Assembly (NCBI GenBank): GCA_964628555.1
Contig: CAZVMD010000008.1
Span: 1-61,856, forward strand
From: an uncultured Myxococcales bacterium
GTDB lineage: Bacteria > Myxococcota_A > Polyangia > Palsa-1104 > JAEUJZ01
Direction: 5' to 3'
DNA length: 61,856 nt
Shown here: piece by piece, positions 34,152 to 44,300 of the stretch
Position numbering within the stretch: the first letter of the stretch is position 1
How the letters are laid out: each line of letters starts with the position of its first letter
Translations under genes and position numbers: made by a program
Notes under the pieces: model-generated
Told to the model about the DNA's origin: nothing
What the model saw: the letters and a program-made list of their open reading frames with translations, nothing else
The model's database searches: none

Positions 34152-35292
34152 TCTACAGACCTCGCTTGAGCACTGCACCTATTGTCCCCGCCTGTGCAGC
34201 CACACCTGCCCGGTCTCGCTGACCTCGGCGCGCGAAGCGCTGACGCCGCAGGCCAAGATGTCGTTCTATGCCGCGCGCAAGCTCGGCCCCGCGAGCTTTG
34301 CCGAGGACACTGGCCGCGCCCCGTCGCCTCGGCGGCCGCTGCCGATCTATGCCTGCACTGGCTGCGGGGCTTGCACCAGCGCCTGCGCTCATCAGGTCGA
34401 GCCGGCCCTTGCGCTGATGCAGGCGCGCAGCGATGCCGAGCAGGCCGAGGCGGGGGCCGAGTCTCTGCACGATCTGCCCGAGCGGCATGCGCGTCGTGTA
34501 CAGCGGACCAGCGCTGCTCTTTCGGCGGCGCCGGCCCTGGCGGAGCGCACCGCGCAGCCCGGCGGCGTGGCCTTCCTGCCCAGCTGCCTGGATCGTGCCA
34601 CCGGCGAGCAAGAGCCCGGCCCGGTGCGCGAGGCGGCGGCCTTTCTGCGCATCAGCGATCGACTCCGGGTGGCGCGGCCTGACTTTCCCGCCACCGGTCT
34701 GGCCGCGCTGCCGGCCTCGTGTGCTGGCTACCCGCTTTACGCCGGTGGCTACATCGCGCCGTTTCGCCTGTACGCCGAGACCTTTGCCCACGCCGTTGAG
34801 GAGTATGAGGTCCTGGCGGTCAGCTGCTCGGCCTGCACCTGGCTTCTGCGCACACAGTATGCGGAACACGGGGTGCCGCTGCGGCCGCGCATCCTGCACG
34901 TCAGCGAGCTTCTGGCGCCTTATGCCGAAGCGCTGCCCGTCACTCGACCGCTGGCCGCCGTGAACTATCACGATCCCTGCCACCTGGGGCGCAGGCTGGG
35001 CTGCTATGAGCCACCACGGCAGCTTCTGCGTCGCATCGCCGGCCGCGTCTGCGAGCTGCCCAACCATGGCGAAGAGGCTCGCTGCTGTGGCGCCGGCGGC
35101 CTGCTGCCACTGACCGAGCGCGCGCTGGCCGGGGCCATGGCTCGTGATCGCGTGGGTGAGCTGGCCGACAGCGAGCAGCCGCACGCCCCCCTGGTGAGCG
35201 GCTGTCCAGGCTGTCAGCATCACCTGGGCCGCTCTGCTCCCGCCGTCGGTGTCACCGACCTTCTGAGCTTGCTCGACGAAGCCAGCCGCTAG
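34144..35292 (+). CDS. Fe-S oxidoreductase, GlcF/heterodisulfide-reductase-like (two 4Fe-4S motifs plus CCG domains)
   Basis: Start at MPDLQTSLEH. Fe-S motifs CTYCPRLCSHTCP and CTGCGACTSACAH. CCG-type motifs HDPCHLGR and CCGAGG. Confidence 0.85.
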   Translation: MPDLQTSLEHCTYCPRLCSHTCPVSLTSAREALTPQAKMSFYAARKLGPASFAEDTGRAPSPRRPLPIYACTGCGACTSACAHQVEPALALMQARSDAEQAEAGAESLHDLPERHARRVQRTSAALSAAPALAERTAQPGGVAFLPSCLDRATGEQEPGPVREAAAFLRISDRLRVARPDFPATGLAALPASCAGYPLYAGGYIAPFRLYAETFAHAVEEYEVLAVSCSACTWLLRTQYAEHGVPLRPRILHVSELLAPYAEALPVTRPLAAVNYHDPCHLGRRLGCYEPPRQLLRRIAGRVCELPNHGEEARCCGAGGLLPLTERALAGAMARDRVGELADSEQPHAPLVSGCPGCQHHLGRSAPAVGVTDLLSLLDEASR

Positions 35293-35358
35293 CCCGCACG
35301 GCGACGAGATCAGCCGGCGCCACCGCCGCTAAGCCCGCGAGATTTCTTCATTTACCGC

Positions 35359-36768
35359 ATGGCGAAGCTTGGTAGAGTGCGCGCCATGACACCCATTCGT
35401 TGCCGCTCCCCATTTAAGAATCTGCTGTTGTGCCTGGCTTCTGTCGTCGGCGTTGCCGGACTGAACCCCTCAGCCAACGCGTTCAAGTGTCCCAACGTCC
35501 ACATCGTCATGGACCGCTCGGGCTCGATGAGCACCAACATGACGACTTCAACGGGCGGCATGAGCACGCGCTGGGAGATCGCCAAGAACCAGCTTAAGAA
35601 CCTGCTCACCGTCTACGACGGCCTGTCGCCGGTCGGACTCTCAATCTTTCCGCCGACCTCGGGCATGTGCTCGTCGGATACGCCGGTGCGGCCGGCCTAT
35701 TTCACCAAGGCCGCGGTGAGCATGGCGCTCGATGCCAGCGGCCCCAGCGGCTCGACGCCATCGGGCTCCGCGATGCGCAACGCGGCGATGCTCAGCGAGC
35801 TTCAGGATCCGACGCGCAAGCAATATGTGCTGCTGCTCACCGACGGTGGTCCCGGCTGCGGTGGCGAGCCAGATACGGCGGCCGGTACGACCGGAGAGAT
35901 CCGCAAAGCGCTGATGCAGAGCCCGCCGATCTACACCTTTGTGGTCGGCATCGGCAACCTGGCGGCTTCCGAGAAGGCAGCGCTGACCATGATGGCTGAC
36001 GCTGGCGGCAAGCCGGCCGCTACCACCGACAAGTACTATCCCGCCGGGACCGAGGTCGAGCTAGCCAACTCGCTTACCACCATCGCGCTCCTGATCAACA
36101 GCGAGAACATGGGCTGCAGCGATGCGGTGCCGGACGGTGGCGGCGGCAGCAGCGACATGTCGATGGGCAGCGAAGACATGTCCGGTCCGCCGCGTGATAT
36201 GGCCGGTCCGCCGCGCGATATGGCCGGTCCGCCGCGCGATATGGCCGGCCCACCGCGCGACATGGCGACGGGGCCGCTCGATTTTTCGCTGCCGCCGCTC
36301 GATTTTTCGCTGCCGTCGCGCGACATGTCTGGCCCGCGTCCAGATGGCGGCTCGGGGGGCGATCCACGGCCCAAGATTGACTGGATTCTGCCCAAGCAGC
36401 TGCCGTTTGGCATGGGCGGCCCCGCCGAGGTGACCGGCCGCAACTTCGAGCCGACGATACCGACCTCAGAGTTCTCCTTTGAGCAGGGCGTGACCTCGAT
36501 TCCGCTGACCGCTGCGCTGCAGGACAGCGCCCTGGCGCGGGTCATCATCCCAGCCAACCTGCCGGTCGGCACCTATACCCTGGTCGTCAAGAATCCCGAT
36601 GGCTACGTCGATGCCTTGCCCGACGCCTTCAGCGTCACGCCGGCCAAGGCGGGCTGTGCCTGCTCACTGGCGCCGCAGCCGGCCCCGAGCATGGCACCGC
36701 TGTCGGTTCTGTTCATGGCGCTGGTGGCTGGGCGCTTGACGCTGCGCCGGCGCCGTCGCGCCCCCTAG
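35359..36768 (+). CDS. Secreted vWA-domain protein with PRDMAGP repeats, IPT/TIG domain and MYXO-CTERM-type sorting tail
   Basis: Signal peptide. MIDAS motif HIVMDRSGSMS and LLLTDGGPGC. IPT-like PKIDWILPKQLPFGMGGPAEVTGRNFEP...YTLVVKNPDG. Tail AGCACSLAP...LSVLFMALVAGRLTLRRRRRAP. Confidence 0.8.
   Translation: MAKLGRVRAMTPIRCRSPFKNLLLCLASVVGVAGLNPSANAFKCPNVHIVMDRSGSMSTNMTTSTGGMSTRWEIAKNQLKNLLTVYDGLSPVGLSIFPPTSGMCSSDTPVRPAYFTKAAVSMALDASGPSGSTPSGSAMRNAAMLSELQDPTRKQYVLLLTDGGPGCGGEPDTAAGTTGEIRKALMQSPPIYTFVVGIGNLAASEKAALTMMADAGGKPAATTDKYYPAGTEVELANSLTTIALLINSENMGCSDAVPDGGGGSSDMSMGSEDMSGPPRDMAGPPRDMAGPPRDMAGPPRDMATGPLDFSLPPLDFSLPSRDMSGPRPDGGSGGDPRPKIDWILPKQLPFGMGGPAEVTGRNFEPTIPTSEFSFEQGVTSIPLTAALQDSALARVIIPANLPVGTYTLVVKNPDGYVDALPDAFSVTPAKAGCACSLAPQPAPSMAPLSVLFMALVAGRLTLRRRRRAP
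36184..36315 (+). repeat. In-frame 21-bp tandem repeats (4 units, then 2 units of a second 21-mer)
   Basis: ggtccgccgcg(t/c)gatatggcc repeated at 36184, 36205, 36226 and 36247 (the last unit is diverged). ccgctcgatttttcgctgccg repeated at 36274 and 36295. They encode GPPRDMA x4 and PLDFSLP x2. Confidence 0.9.
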
Positions 36769-36869
36769 ACTCAGCGCGGATCTCTGCTTCCTCTCCTGCC
36801 GCGCTTCGCTGCCCGCCTGCTCCCTCGCTTCTGTCGCCCGCCCAGCCGCGCCGATTCCCGCCTGCTGCA

Positions 36870-36899
36870 TTGACCGTTGTCGCCGACGGACTGCATACT
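36870..36899 (+). promoter_or_regulatory. Candidate sigma-70-type promoter for the M50 protease gene
   Basis: TTGACC (36870-36875), 18-nt spacer, CATACT (36894-36899). The ORF-track start at 36870 falls inside the -35 element, so it is unlikely to be the real start. Confidence 0.3.
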
Positions 36900-36971
36900 C
36901 AGCGCATGTGGCATCGCTCACTTCTTGCGAGGTCTGGCTCGCTGCTGCACGTCGGCTTGCCGACGGTCGCT

Positions 36972-37655
36972 ATGCAGCTTGGGATGGCGGCGGACAATAT
37001 GGTCTTGCGCGTCGTGATCAGCGTCACGGCTCTGGTGATGTGCGTCACGGTGCACGAGTTTGGCCATGCCTTCGTCGCGGATCGGCTGGGCGATCCGCTG
37101 CCGCGGCGACAGGGACGGGTCACGCTGAACCCGCTGGCCCACATCGATCCGCTGGGCACGCTGCTGTTTCCCGCCCTGATGGCCATGGGGGCCGGCATTC
37201 CCTTGGCGTGGGGCAAGCCCGTCGAGTGGACTGGGCATCCGGCCTACCTGACGCGCCGCTTCTCGATGCGCACGATCCGCTTCTTTGTCGCGGTCGCTGG
37301 TCCCAGCATGAACCTGCTCTTGGCGCTGCTCTTGTCGGTGGTGGCGCTGATCTGCGGCAAGCTAGGTGCGCTCGGTGCTCTGACGATGTGCGTGCAGCTT
37401 ATCGCGATGAACTTCGGCCTGCTGTTTTTCAACCTGCTGCCGATTCCGCCGCTCGACGGGCGCGTGTTCTTGGAATACCTACCCGACTCGCTATCGGTGG
37501 TGCGCGAGACGCTGTTTCGCTATGGCTCGCTGATCTTTTTGGCCCTGCTGTTGCTTGGCGGGGCCGGCGGGTTCAGCCCGCTTGGCGTGATCATGGCGCC
37601 GTTTAACTGGCTGTCGGCGCAGTACATCGCCGGCCTGCTCTCGCTGATTCGCTAG
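36972..37655 (+). CDS. Site-2-protease-family (M50) membrane metalloprotease
   Basis: HEFGHAF (HExxH) in TM1, GRVTLNPLAHIDPLGT, and FNLLPIPPLDG. The start is uncertain, with in-frame ATGs at 36906, 36972 and 36984. Confidence 0.75.
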   Translation: MQLGMAADNMVLRVVISVTALVMCVTVHEFGHAFVADRLGDPLPRRQGRVTLNPLAHIDPLGTLLFPALMAMGAGIPLAWGKPVEWTGHPAYLTRRFSMRTIRFFVAVAGPSMNLLLALLLSVVALICGKLGALGALTMCVQLIAMNFGLLFFNLLPIPPLDGRVFLEYLPDSLSVVRETLFRYGSLIFLALLLLGGAGGFSPLGVIMAPFNWLSAQYIAGLLSLIR

Positions 37656-37725
37656 GAGCGCAAGCAAGCAACAGGCCGGTCAGTAGGTTGGGGGAAGTGA
37701 GCGGGGGAGGAGAGCGGGCGCGGGC

Positions 37726-38559
37726 TTACGCGTTCTTGTTGTGGTGAACGCTGTGCTCGGCCGGCGTCGGGTAGCCAGCCTTGGTGAACTCGTCGGCGAT
37801 GGCCTGGGTCATGGCGAAGTAGACATCCCACCAGTTCTTGTCATGGGTGTACGTGCGGACCAAGAGCACGGTGCCTGCCATGTTGAACTTGTCGATCTCG
37901 ACCTGCGGCCCTGGATTCGTAAGGACATTGGGAATCTGCGCCAGGCGGGCCTTGAGGCGGGCGATGGCGTCGAGCGGGTTTACACCATGCGCTAGCTGGG
38001 CCGCCATATCGACGCGGCGATTGGGGTTGGCCGAGAAGTTGATGATGTTGTCCGAGAACAGCTTGTTGTTGGCGACGTAGACGCGAATGCCATCGTCGGT
38101 GTTGATGGCGGTCACGAACAGACCTAGCTCCTGCACCGTGCCGACCACGCCAGCCGCGCTGATGCGATCGCCGACCTTAAATGGAGCAAAGATGACTAGG
38201 AAGGCACCGGCTGCGAAGTGGGCCAGCAGGCCCGACCAGGCCATGCCGATCGCCACGCCGGCCGCCGCCAGCACGCCAGCGAAGGTCGTCGTCTCGACGC
38301 CAAACACGCCGAGCAGAGCGATCATGAGCAGGATCTGCAGCAGCACGCCGAGTGCCGAGTCGAGGTAGCGGATCAGCGTAGCGTCGAGGTGGCGAGTCTC
38401 ACTGGCGCGACGCACGCCGCTGCGGATACCACCAATGATGATGCGGCCGACGATCCATAGCAGGATGGCGCCGATAATCTTGGCGCCCACCGTGAGGATC
38501 CAGGGGCCGAGAGCGTTAGTCATGTTGTGGAAGAACTGCTGGATCTGTTCTGGGGACAT
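37726..38559 (-). CDS. Small-conductance mechanosensitive channel (MscS family)
   Basis: Three N-terminal TM helices, then FKVGDRISAAGVVGTVQELGLFVTAINTDDGIRVYVANNKLFSDNIINFS. Confidence 0.85.
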   Translation of the reverse strand: MSPEQIQQFFHNMTNALGPWILTVGAKIIGAILLWIVGRIIIGGIRSGVRRASETRHLDATLIRYLDSALGVLLQILLMIALLGVFGVETTTFAGVLAAAGVAIGMAWSGLLAHFAAGAFLVIFAPFKVGDRISAAGVVGTVQELGLFVTAINTDDGIRVYVANNKLFSDNIINFSANPNRRVDMAAQLAHGVNPLDAIARLKARLAQIPNVLTNPGPQVEIDKFNMAGTVLLVRTYTHDKNWWDVYFAMTQAIADEFTKAGYPTPAEHSVHHNKNA

Positions 38560-38660
38560 TGAGGATCTCCCTACTGTGATTGTGTGCGGCTGTGAGTGTC
38601 GCCCAGAACCTTGGGCGCTGTCTATAAGGCCGCGCCGAGCGCCTTTTGGGGCCAGAGAGC

Positions 38661-40331
38661 CTAGTTGAGCAGGCTGTCCTTTGTGCCGCCCGGCGGCGCG
38701 AGCTCAGCCGCGTAGCGGCGACGGATGGCGAGTGCATCTCCCGGGCGGCCCAGCTGCTCCAGAGCCACGGCGGCATTCTCGCTGCATTCCAGAGTCGTCC
38801 GATGCTGACGACCGAGCTCCCGCTCGGCGATGTCCAAGGCGCGCTGCGCTAGCTGGTGGGCGCGCTCGAACTCCTGCCGACCAAAGTGGATGCTACCCAG
38901 TCCCAGCAGCACCGGCAGCAGGTTCAGTGGGGCATGGCCCTGGGTTCGTTCGAGGTGGCTAAGGGCGCGCAGATACAGCGCTTGCGCCTCGTCGAGCTGG
39001 CCGGCGCTGCGGCGCATATGCGCCAGCATCACCAAGCGCAGCGCGTACTCAGGATGCTGCTCGCCCAGTGACTTTTGCCGGATGGAAAGCGCACGCTCAC
39101 CCAGTGGCACCGCAGCCTCAGCCGTCCCGGCCCGGCGCTGCAGATCGATGAGCTCGTCAAGCGCATCGACGAGGCTGGGATGCTCGGGACCACACATCCG
39201 CTCCCGCAGCGCAAGCACACGTCGCTGCAGCTCTTCCGCCTCGTAGTAGCGCCCCTCGGCCTTGAGGAGCTGATACAGACGAGAAAGATGTGGGATGAGC
39301 TGCGGATGCTCGCTGCCCACGACCTCCTCCCGCATCGCCAGCGCGCGGCGCAGCAGCGGCTCGGCTTCGCTGTGGCGGCCACTTATCTGATAGAGCTCGG
39401 CCAGCATGCCAGTCAGCTGCGCGACCTCGGCGTGCTGCGGCCCGCTGACTTTTTTCTGAATCGTCAAGGCGCGCAAGAGCGGCGCTTCCGCCTCGGCAAA
39501 GCGCGCCGCTTCGCCCAGGACTTCCGACTCCTTGATAAGCAGCGGCGACAGCACCGCGGCTTCGGGGCCAGTGGCTTTTTCGGCCAGCGTCAGGGCGGCC
39601 CGCACCTGAGCCAGCGCTGGCTCGGTCTGACCGCGCAGGCGATAGAAGTCGCTGAGCTCCAGGCGACAGGCCAGCGCCGCCGGATGGGCCTCGCCTTGCA
39701 GCTGTTCGATCTGCGGCAGCGCCGCCAGCAGCAGGGCTTCCGCTTCGTCGAGCCGGCCCTGCGCGATCAGCCCGCGGGCCCGCGGTAGCTGGGCCGGGCG
39801 CCGCAGCGCCTCGGTCGCCTCCGTCGCGGTGCATGCCCACAGCTCGGCAAACAGCGACTCGGCCTCGATATGGCGGCCCTGCTCAGCCAGCAGGCGAGCC
39901 AGGTCCAGCCGGCGCATGGCGCGCTCTTCGACCGGGCGCGGCACAGCATCGGCCAGCTCGACTCCCCGCCGTCGCAGCTCGCTCAGCTCGCGCGGGTGCT
40001 CACTGCGACTGAGCAGCGAGGCCAGGCTGTCGAAGTACTGGATTAGCTCGCCGGGGTACTGCGCGAAGGCCTCCTGCGCGACCGGCAGCGCGCGACGCAG
40101 CAGGGCCTCGGCAGCGCTCACCTCACCCGCCTCCGCCTTGAGGGCGGCAAGCTGCAAGAGCAACTTGGCGGTGCTCTCCGCATCGGCCGCAGCCTCGCTG
40201 GCTTTGAGGCGTGCGCCCAGCTCCGCCTCGCGGTCCTTGGGGCTGGCTGCGAGCTCTGGCTTCTGCTGTCGCAGTTGATAGTGAGCAGCCCAGATAACCA
40301 GCCCAAGAACCAGAAACGCCGTGTATTCCAT
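38661..40331 (-). CDS. Membrane-anchored TPR-repeat protein (TPR_10/12, kinesin-light-chain-like)
   Basis: N-terminal TM MEYTAFLVLGLVIWAAHY. Repeated ~42-aa units (AEPLLRRALAMREEVVGSEHPQL..., YEAEELQRRVLALRERMCGPEHPSL...). Confidence 0.8.
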   Translation of the reverse strand: MEYTAFLVLGLVIWAAHYQLRQQKPELAASPKDREAELGARLKASEAAADAESTAKLLLQLAALKAEAGEVSAAEALLRRALPVAQEAFAQYPGELIQYFDSLASLLSRSEHPRELSELRRRGVELADAVPRPVEERAMRRLDLARLLAEQGRHIEAESLFAELWACTATEATEALRRPAQLPRARGLIAQGRLDEAEALLLAALPQIEQLQGEAHPAALACRLELSDFYRLRGQTEPALAQVRAALTLAEKATGPEAAVLSPLLIKESEVLGEAARFAEAEAPLLRALTIQKKVSGPQHAEVAQLTGMLAELYQISGRHSEAEPLLRRALAMREEVVGSEHPQLIPHLSRLYQLLKAEGRYYEAEELQRRVLALRERMCGPEHPSLVDALDELIDLQRRAGTAEAAVPLGERALSIRQKSLGEQHPEYALRLVMLAHMRRSAGQLDEAQALYLRALSHLERTQGHAPLNLLPVLLGLGSIHFGRQEFERAHQLAQRALDIAERELGRQHRTTLECSENAAVALEQLGRPGDALAIRRRYAAELAPPGGTKDSLLN

Positions 40332-40461
40332 CGTTCGTTCCTTCTCGCACGGACCCGGCGATCTTGCTGCCTTGCCGGCGGCTTGGCTTGCTGATTTCTG
40401 CCGGCCGACCCTCGCCGAATGGTGCTAGTGCGAAACTGGCAGAAATTGTACAACCCGCCGG

Positions 40462-41307
40462 ATGACGACCTCATCCACTCGCAGACGGACTTGGGCCGCG
40501 ACCGGGCGGCGTGTAATCGGTCGTTGGTTTTTGACCTCCGGCGCGCTCTTGGCTGCGCTCAGTGCTGTGCCCGCCTGTTCGAGCGGCGGCTACAACAACG
40601 GCAAGCCCGACGGGTCGAGCAAGCCGCGCAACGGCCAGGGACAGGACCTTTCGATGGAAGATCCCGAGCCCTATGACTTCTCGCTGCCCGCTGACCTGGC
40701 GAGCCGCGTGGATCTGGCAGGTGGGCGGGATCTGGCGGCGCCGAGCGATCTAGCCAGTCCTGCCGACATGGCCGGCCCGAGCGGGCCCATCACCGGCGGA
40801 CCATGCCTGGGCTCGGCGGCTGGGGCGACAGCGTTTCGCGTCGGCTGGTACGATAGCGGCGGTCGCGCCACGGTGCGCTATGACGTCCACGGCCTGCCCG
40901 ACAAGTCGCGCTGGAAGATCATCGTCGCCGGCTACACCACCAGCTTCACGCCGCAGTGGGTCGATCCCTTCCTCGGCCCGGGCGGCCTGGGGCTCGACTC
41001 CAGCGACTTCATCGATGTCGAGCTGAGCACCGTCGGCCTGTCCAGCATAAGTAATGTCACGATATCGATTTACGGGCGCTCGTATTCCACCGGATCGAGC
41101 GGCAGCTTCAACTGGCGGACCTTCAGCGGCGACGGCTCGACGCCCCTCAACTCGGTCAGCAACGTCACGCCGTATCGCTGGTATCCCGGCGACGCTACGA
41201 CCGAGGTTCGCGCCGGGGACGCAGGGCTCCTGATCCGCGTCAAGGCCGGCGGTAACTCCAACTCGCTCGTCGTCAATCGCCTTGAGATCTGCATGGTCGC
41301 CAGCTAG
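40462..41307 (+). CDS. Hypothetical lipoprotein with DL(A/S)xP linker repeats
   Basis: Signal with lipobox LSAVPAC. Linker DFSLPADLASRVDLAGGRDLAAPSDLASPADMAGP. The C-terminal ~170 aa is a beta-rich domain of unknown type. Confidence 0.6.
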   Translation: MTTSSTRRRTWAATGRRVIGRWFLTSGALLAALSAVPACSSGGYNNGKPDGSSKPRNGQGQDLSMEDPEPYDFSLPADLASRVDLAGGRDLAAPSDLASPADMAGPSGPITGGPCLGSAAGATAFRVGWYDSGGRATVRYDVHGLPDKSRWKIIVAGYTTSFTPQWVDPFLGPGGLGLDSSDFIDVELSTVGLSSISNVTISIYGRSYSTGSSGSFNWRTFSGDGSTPLNSVSNVTPYRWYPGDATTEVRAGDAGLLIRVKAGGNSNSLVVNRLEICMVAS

Positions 41308-41331
41308 GCCGCGACCCCGCTTCGCCCCCGC

Positions 41332-44300
41332 TCAGGGGCACTTGCCGATGCGCACCACCTCGCGCGCCTTGACCTCGATCTGCTCGAACTTGCTGTCGAC
41401 CTTGATGCTGTGGCTTCCCGGCCGCAGCCAGATCGTGTCCTCGGAGCAGGAGCGCTTGCCGCGCTTGGGAACGACGACCTGGCCGAGCTTCGGGGACAGC
41501 CGGGCCACCGCTTCCTGAGCCGCCGACTTCAGATCCGCGCGGCCGCGCACCTGACCGGACAGCGAGAGCAGGCGCTGGTACTCGGTCATCGCCTCGGGCC
41601 ACTCACGTGCCTGCTCGTGGATCTGGCCCAGGCGGTAATACAGCTCGAAGGTCAGGCTGGCGCAGACGGTGGCCCGCGTCCCCTCGCGACTGCACAGGCT
41701 GGTCGCCTTTTCGAGCTGGCGCTGCGCCTTCTTGAAGTCGTTCTTGGCAAAGGACTCCAGTCCAGCTCGGGCTAGCTGCTCGACCTGCGAGCTGGGAATC
41801 TTTAGCCGCACGGTCTGGCCGGCAGCGATGACGACGGGGCGCTCGCCACTGACGAAGTTGACGGTGTGTGGGCCGGCATCGAGCGCGATGGGGCGATCGG
41901 ACACCGCTTGCCAGGGCCGCTTATCGACGGCGAACTGCACGCCAGCCGGGCCTTCGACAACCAGCAGGCCCTGGCCGCTACCGCTTGGCGCTGGGCTGGT
42001 CTCTGCACCGGCGGCGCCCGCATCGGGGGTGGCGCTGGGCTGGCCGGGCTCGGGAGGCGACGGCGCGGCCGGATCGCTGGCGCTGGCTGGGCGGCTGGGC
42101 GATGGCTCGGGCAGCTGTGACAGGCGCGCGACCAAGGCCGCAGCACGGGCGTGCACCGTCGCGTCGCGATCCGCAGCCAGGCGCTTGGCGATAGGTAGTA
42201 GCAGCCGCGCACTGGCCGGATCCGCGTCTGCGAGCTCGCTGGTCGCTTCGACCACCATGCGGCGGACCAGGGGATCGCGATCGCGCAGCGCCTGCAAGAG
42301 CAGCGGCCGAGCTTGGGCCGACGGCAGGCTGCCCAACAGCGACACCACCTCGATGCGCTTGGCCGCATCGCCTTCGCGCAAGAGCTTCTGAATCAGCCCC
42401 GCCGCGTCGAGTCCACCCTCCGCGGTGGTCAGTCGGCTAAGCAGGGCGGCGGCAGTCACCGCATCGGCGCCGTCACCCTCCGCTGCGCTACGCAGGACGG
42501 GGATCGCCCTTCGATCGCCGCGCTCGGCCAAGCGTCGGGCCGCCGCAGCTCGCACCTCGGGGGAGGTATCGCTGAGCAGCGCTGACAGCTCATCTGGGCT
42601 CAGCACTGTCGGCGGCAGCTGATCCAGGGCCCAGCGACGCAGCTCGGGATCGGTCGCGCCCAGGTACTCGCGCAGGCGCTGGCGCTGCGTCTCATCGCCG
42701 AGCCGCAGGAGGAGGCCCGCCGCACGCGCCCGCTCTTGTGGGCTGCCGGTCTCAAGCAGCGGTGACAGCACATCGCGGAGCGCTGGGCGCAGCTTCTCCG
42801 CGGCCGCGGAGGACGGGCCAGCCGTCTCGCTCAGGCGCTGCAGGGCGCGCAGGGCTTCGATGCGCACGCTCTTTTCGGGATCGCGCAGGGCATCGCGCAG
42901 CAGCGCCGTCGTGCGGCTATCCAGCTGCTTGGCCAGGGCCGCAACCACGCTGCGCCGCACGCGGGCATCGCTGTCGTGCAGCAGCCCAGACAGCAGCGAC
43001 ACCGCGCCCGCCCCGAGGTTGTTGCCGAGGATCTCGGCGGCGGACTGGCGCAGCTGGGCATCACTGTCGCCCAGCGCCGACTGGGCCCAGGCCAGGCTCT
43101 GCGCCGACAGCAGGCCGGGATCGCGGCTGGCAATCTGCACAATCGCGCGCGCGGCAGCATGAGCCAGCGTCGGCTCGTCGGCCCGGCTCAAGAGCTCGGC
43201 CAGCCGCGGGGCATCCTGGCCTTCGCCGATGCTCGCCAAGCCCTCAGCCGAAAGCTTGCGCGCCGCGGGCTGCGCTTCACGATTGCCGACCAGCTCACGG
43301 AACAGCGGCAGGCCGTCGCCTTCGTCCAGCTGCGCCAGCGCGTGAGCTGACAGCAGCTGCTCGCGTCCGCGCTTGCGCAACAGCTCGCGCAGGAAGCGCA
43401 GACCTTCCGGATCGCCGGTCTGTGCCAGCTTGGCCGCCGCAGCCAGGCGGGCTTCAATCGGGCCAGTCTCGGTCAGCTGGCTCTGCAGGCGGCTCTGAGC
43501 AGCGCTGTCACCGGCTCGGCTTAGGCACCCCAGGATGCTGAGGCGAGTCGCCTCTGGCAGGCCGGTCCGTCCGGCATAGCTGCGCAGGACCCGCTGCGCA
43601 TCCTGCGGCCCCCCTTCGCAGAACAGCAGCGCGACGCGAAACTGCGTCTCCTGCTCGTTGGTATCAAGCATCTGCTCCAGAAAGCGCTGGCCGCGCGGAT
43701 CACCCAGCTGGCGCAGCGCTGCGGCGGCCGCCACCAGCACCTGTGGTCCCTCGCCAGCTTGCCCGCCCGGCTTATCCAGAAGCGCGCTCAGCGCGAAAAT
43801 CGCGCGACGGTCACCCAGCTCGCCCAGCGCCGCGGCGGCCTGCGCGCGCAGCATCGGCTCGGGCTGGCGCAGGGCCTGCTCTAGCTCGGGCCGCAGCGCT
43901 TCATCGCGGCTGAGGCCCAGGCCGAGCAGGGCCGAGCTGCGCAGCTCCGGCGGTCCCTCCTTCAGATCGTGCCGCAGCACCTTCAGCGCGGCCTCGCGCA
44001 GCGCTGCCAGCTCGCGTGAGCTCAGGCCACTGCCGCTACCTCCGCCGCGCAGCAGCCGATAGCCGAGGAACAGCGAGCCTCCCAAGAGCAGCAGCGACAG
44101 CCCCAGCCAGACCGGCCAGGGCAGACGCAGCCCGGCGGGGGTGTAGCGTGCCATGCCATCGACGGACAGCCGCGGGCGCTGGCCGCGCGCTTTGAGCAGC
44201 TGATCGAGCTCGCGCTGCAGCTCAGCTTCGACTTCGCGCATCGAGCGCAGGCGGCCCGGTGGCTCTTTCGCCACCAGGCGCAGCACCAGGGCCTGCAGCG

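Noticed and set aside
36184-36315. Possible CRISPR-like or non-coding tandem array
   Set aside because: The units are 21 bp, directly adjacent without spacers, and in frame within a long ORF, where they encode GPPRDMA/PLDFSLP. This is a coding microsatellite-like repeat, not a CRISPR array.
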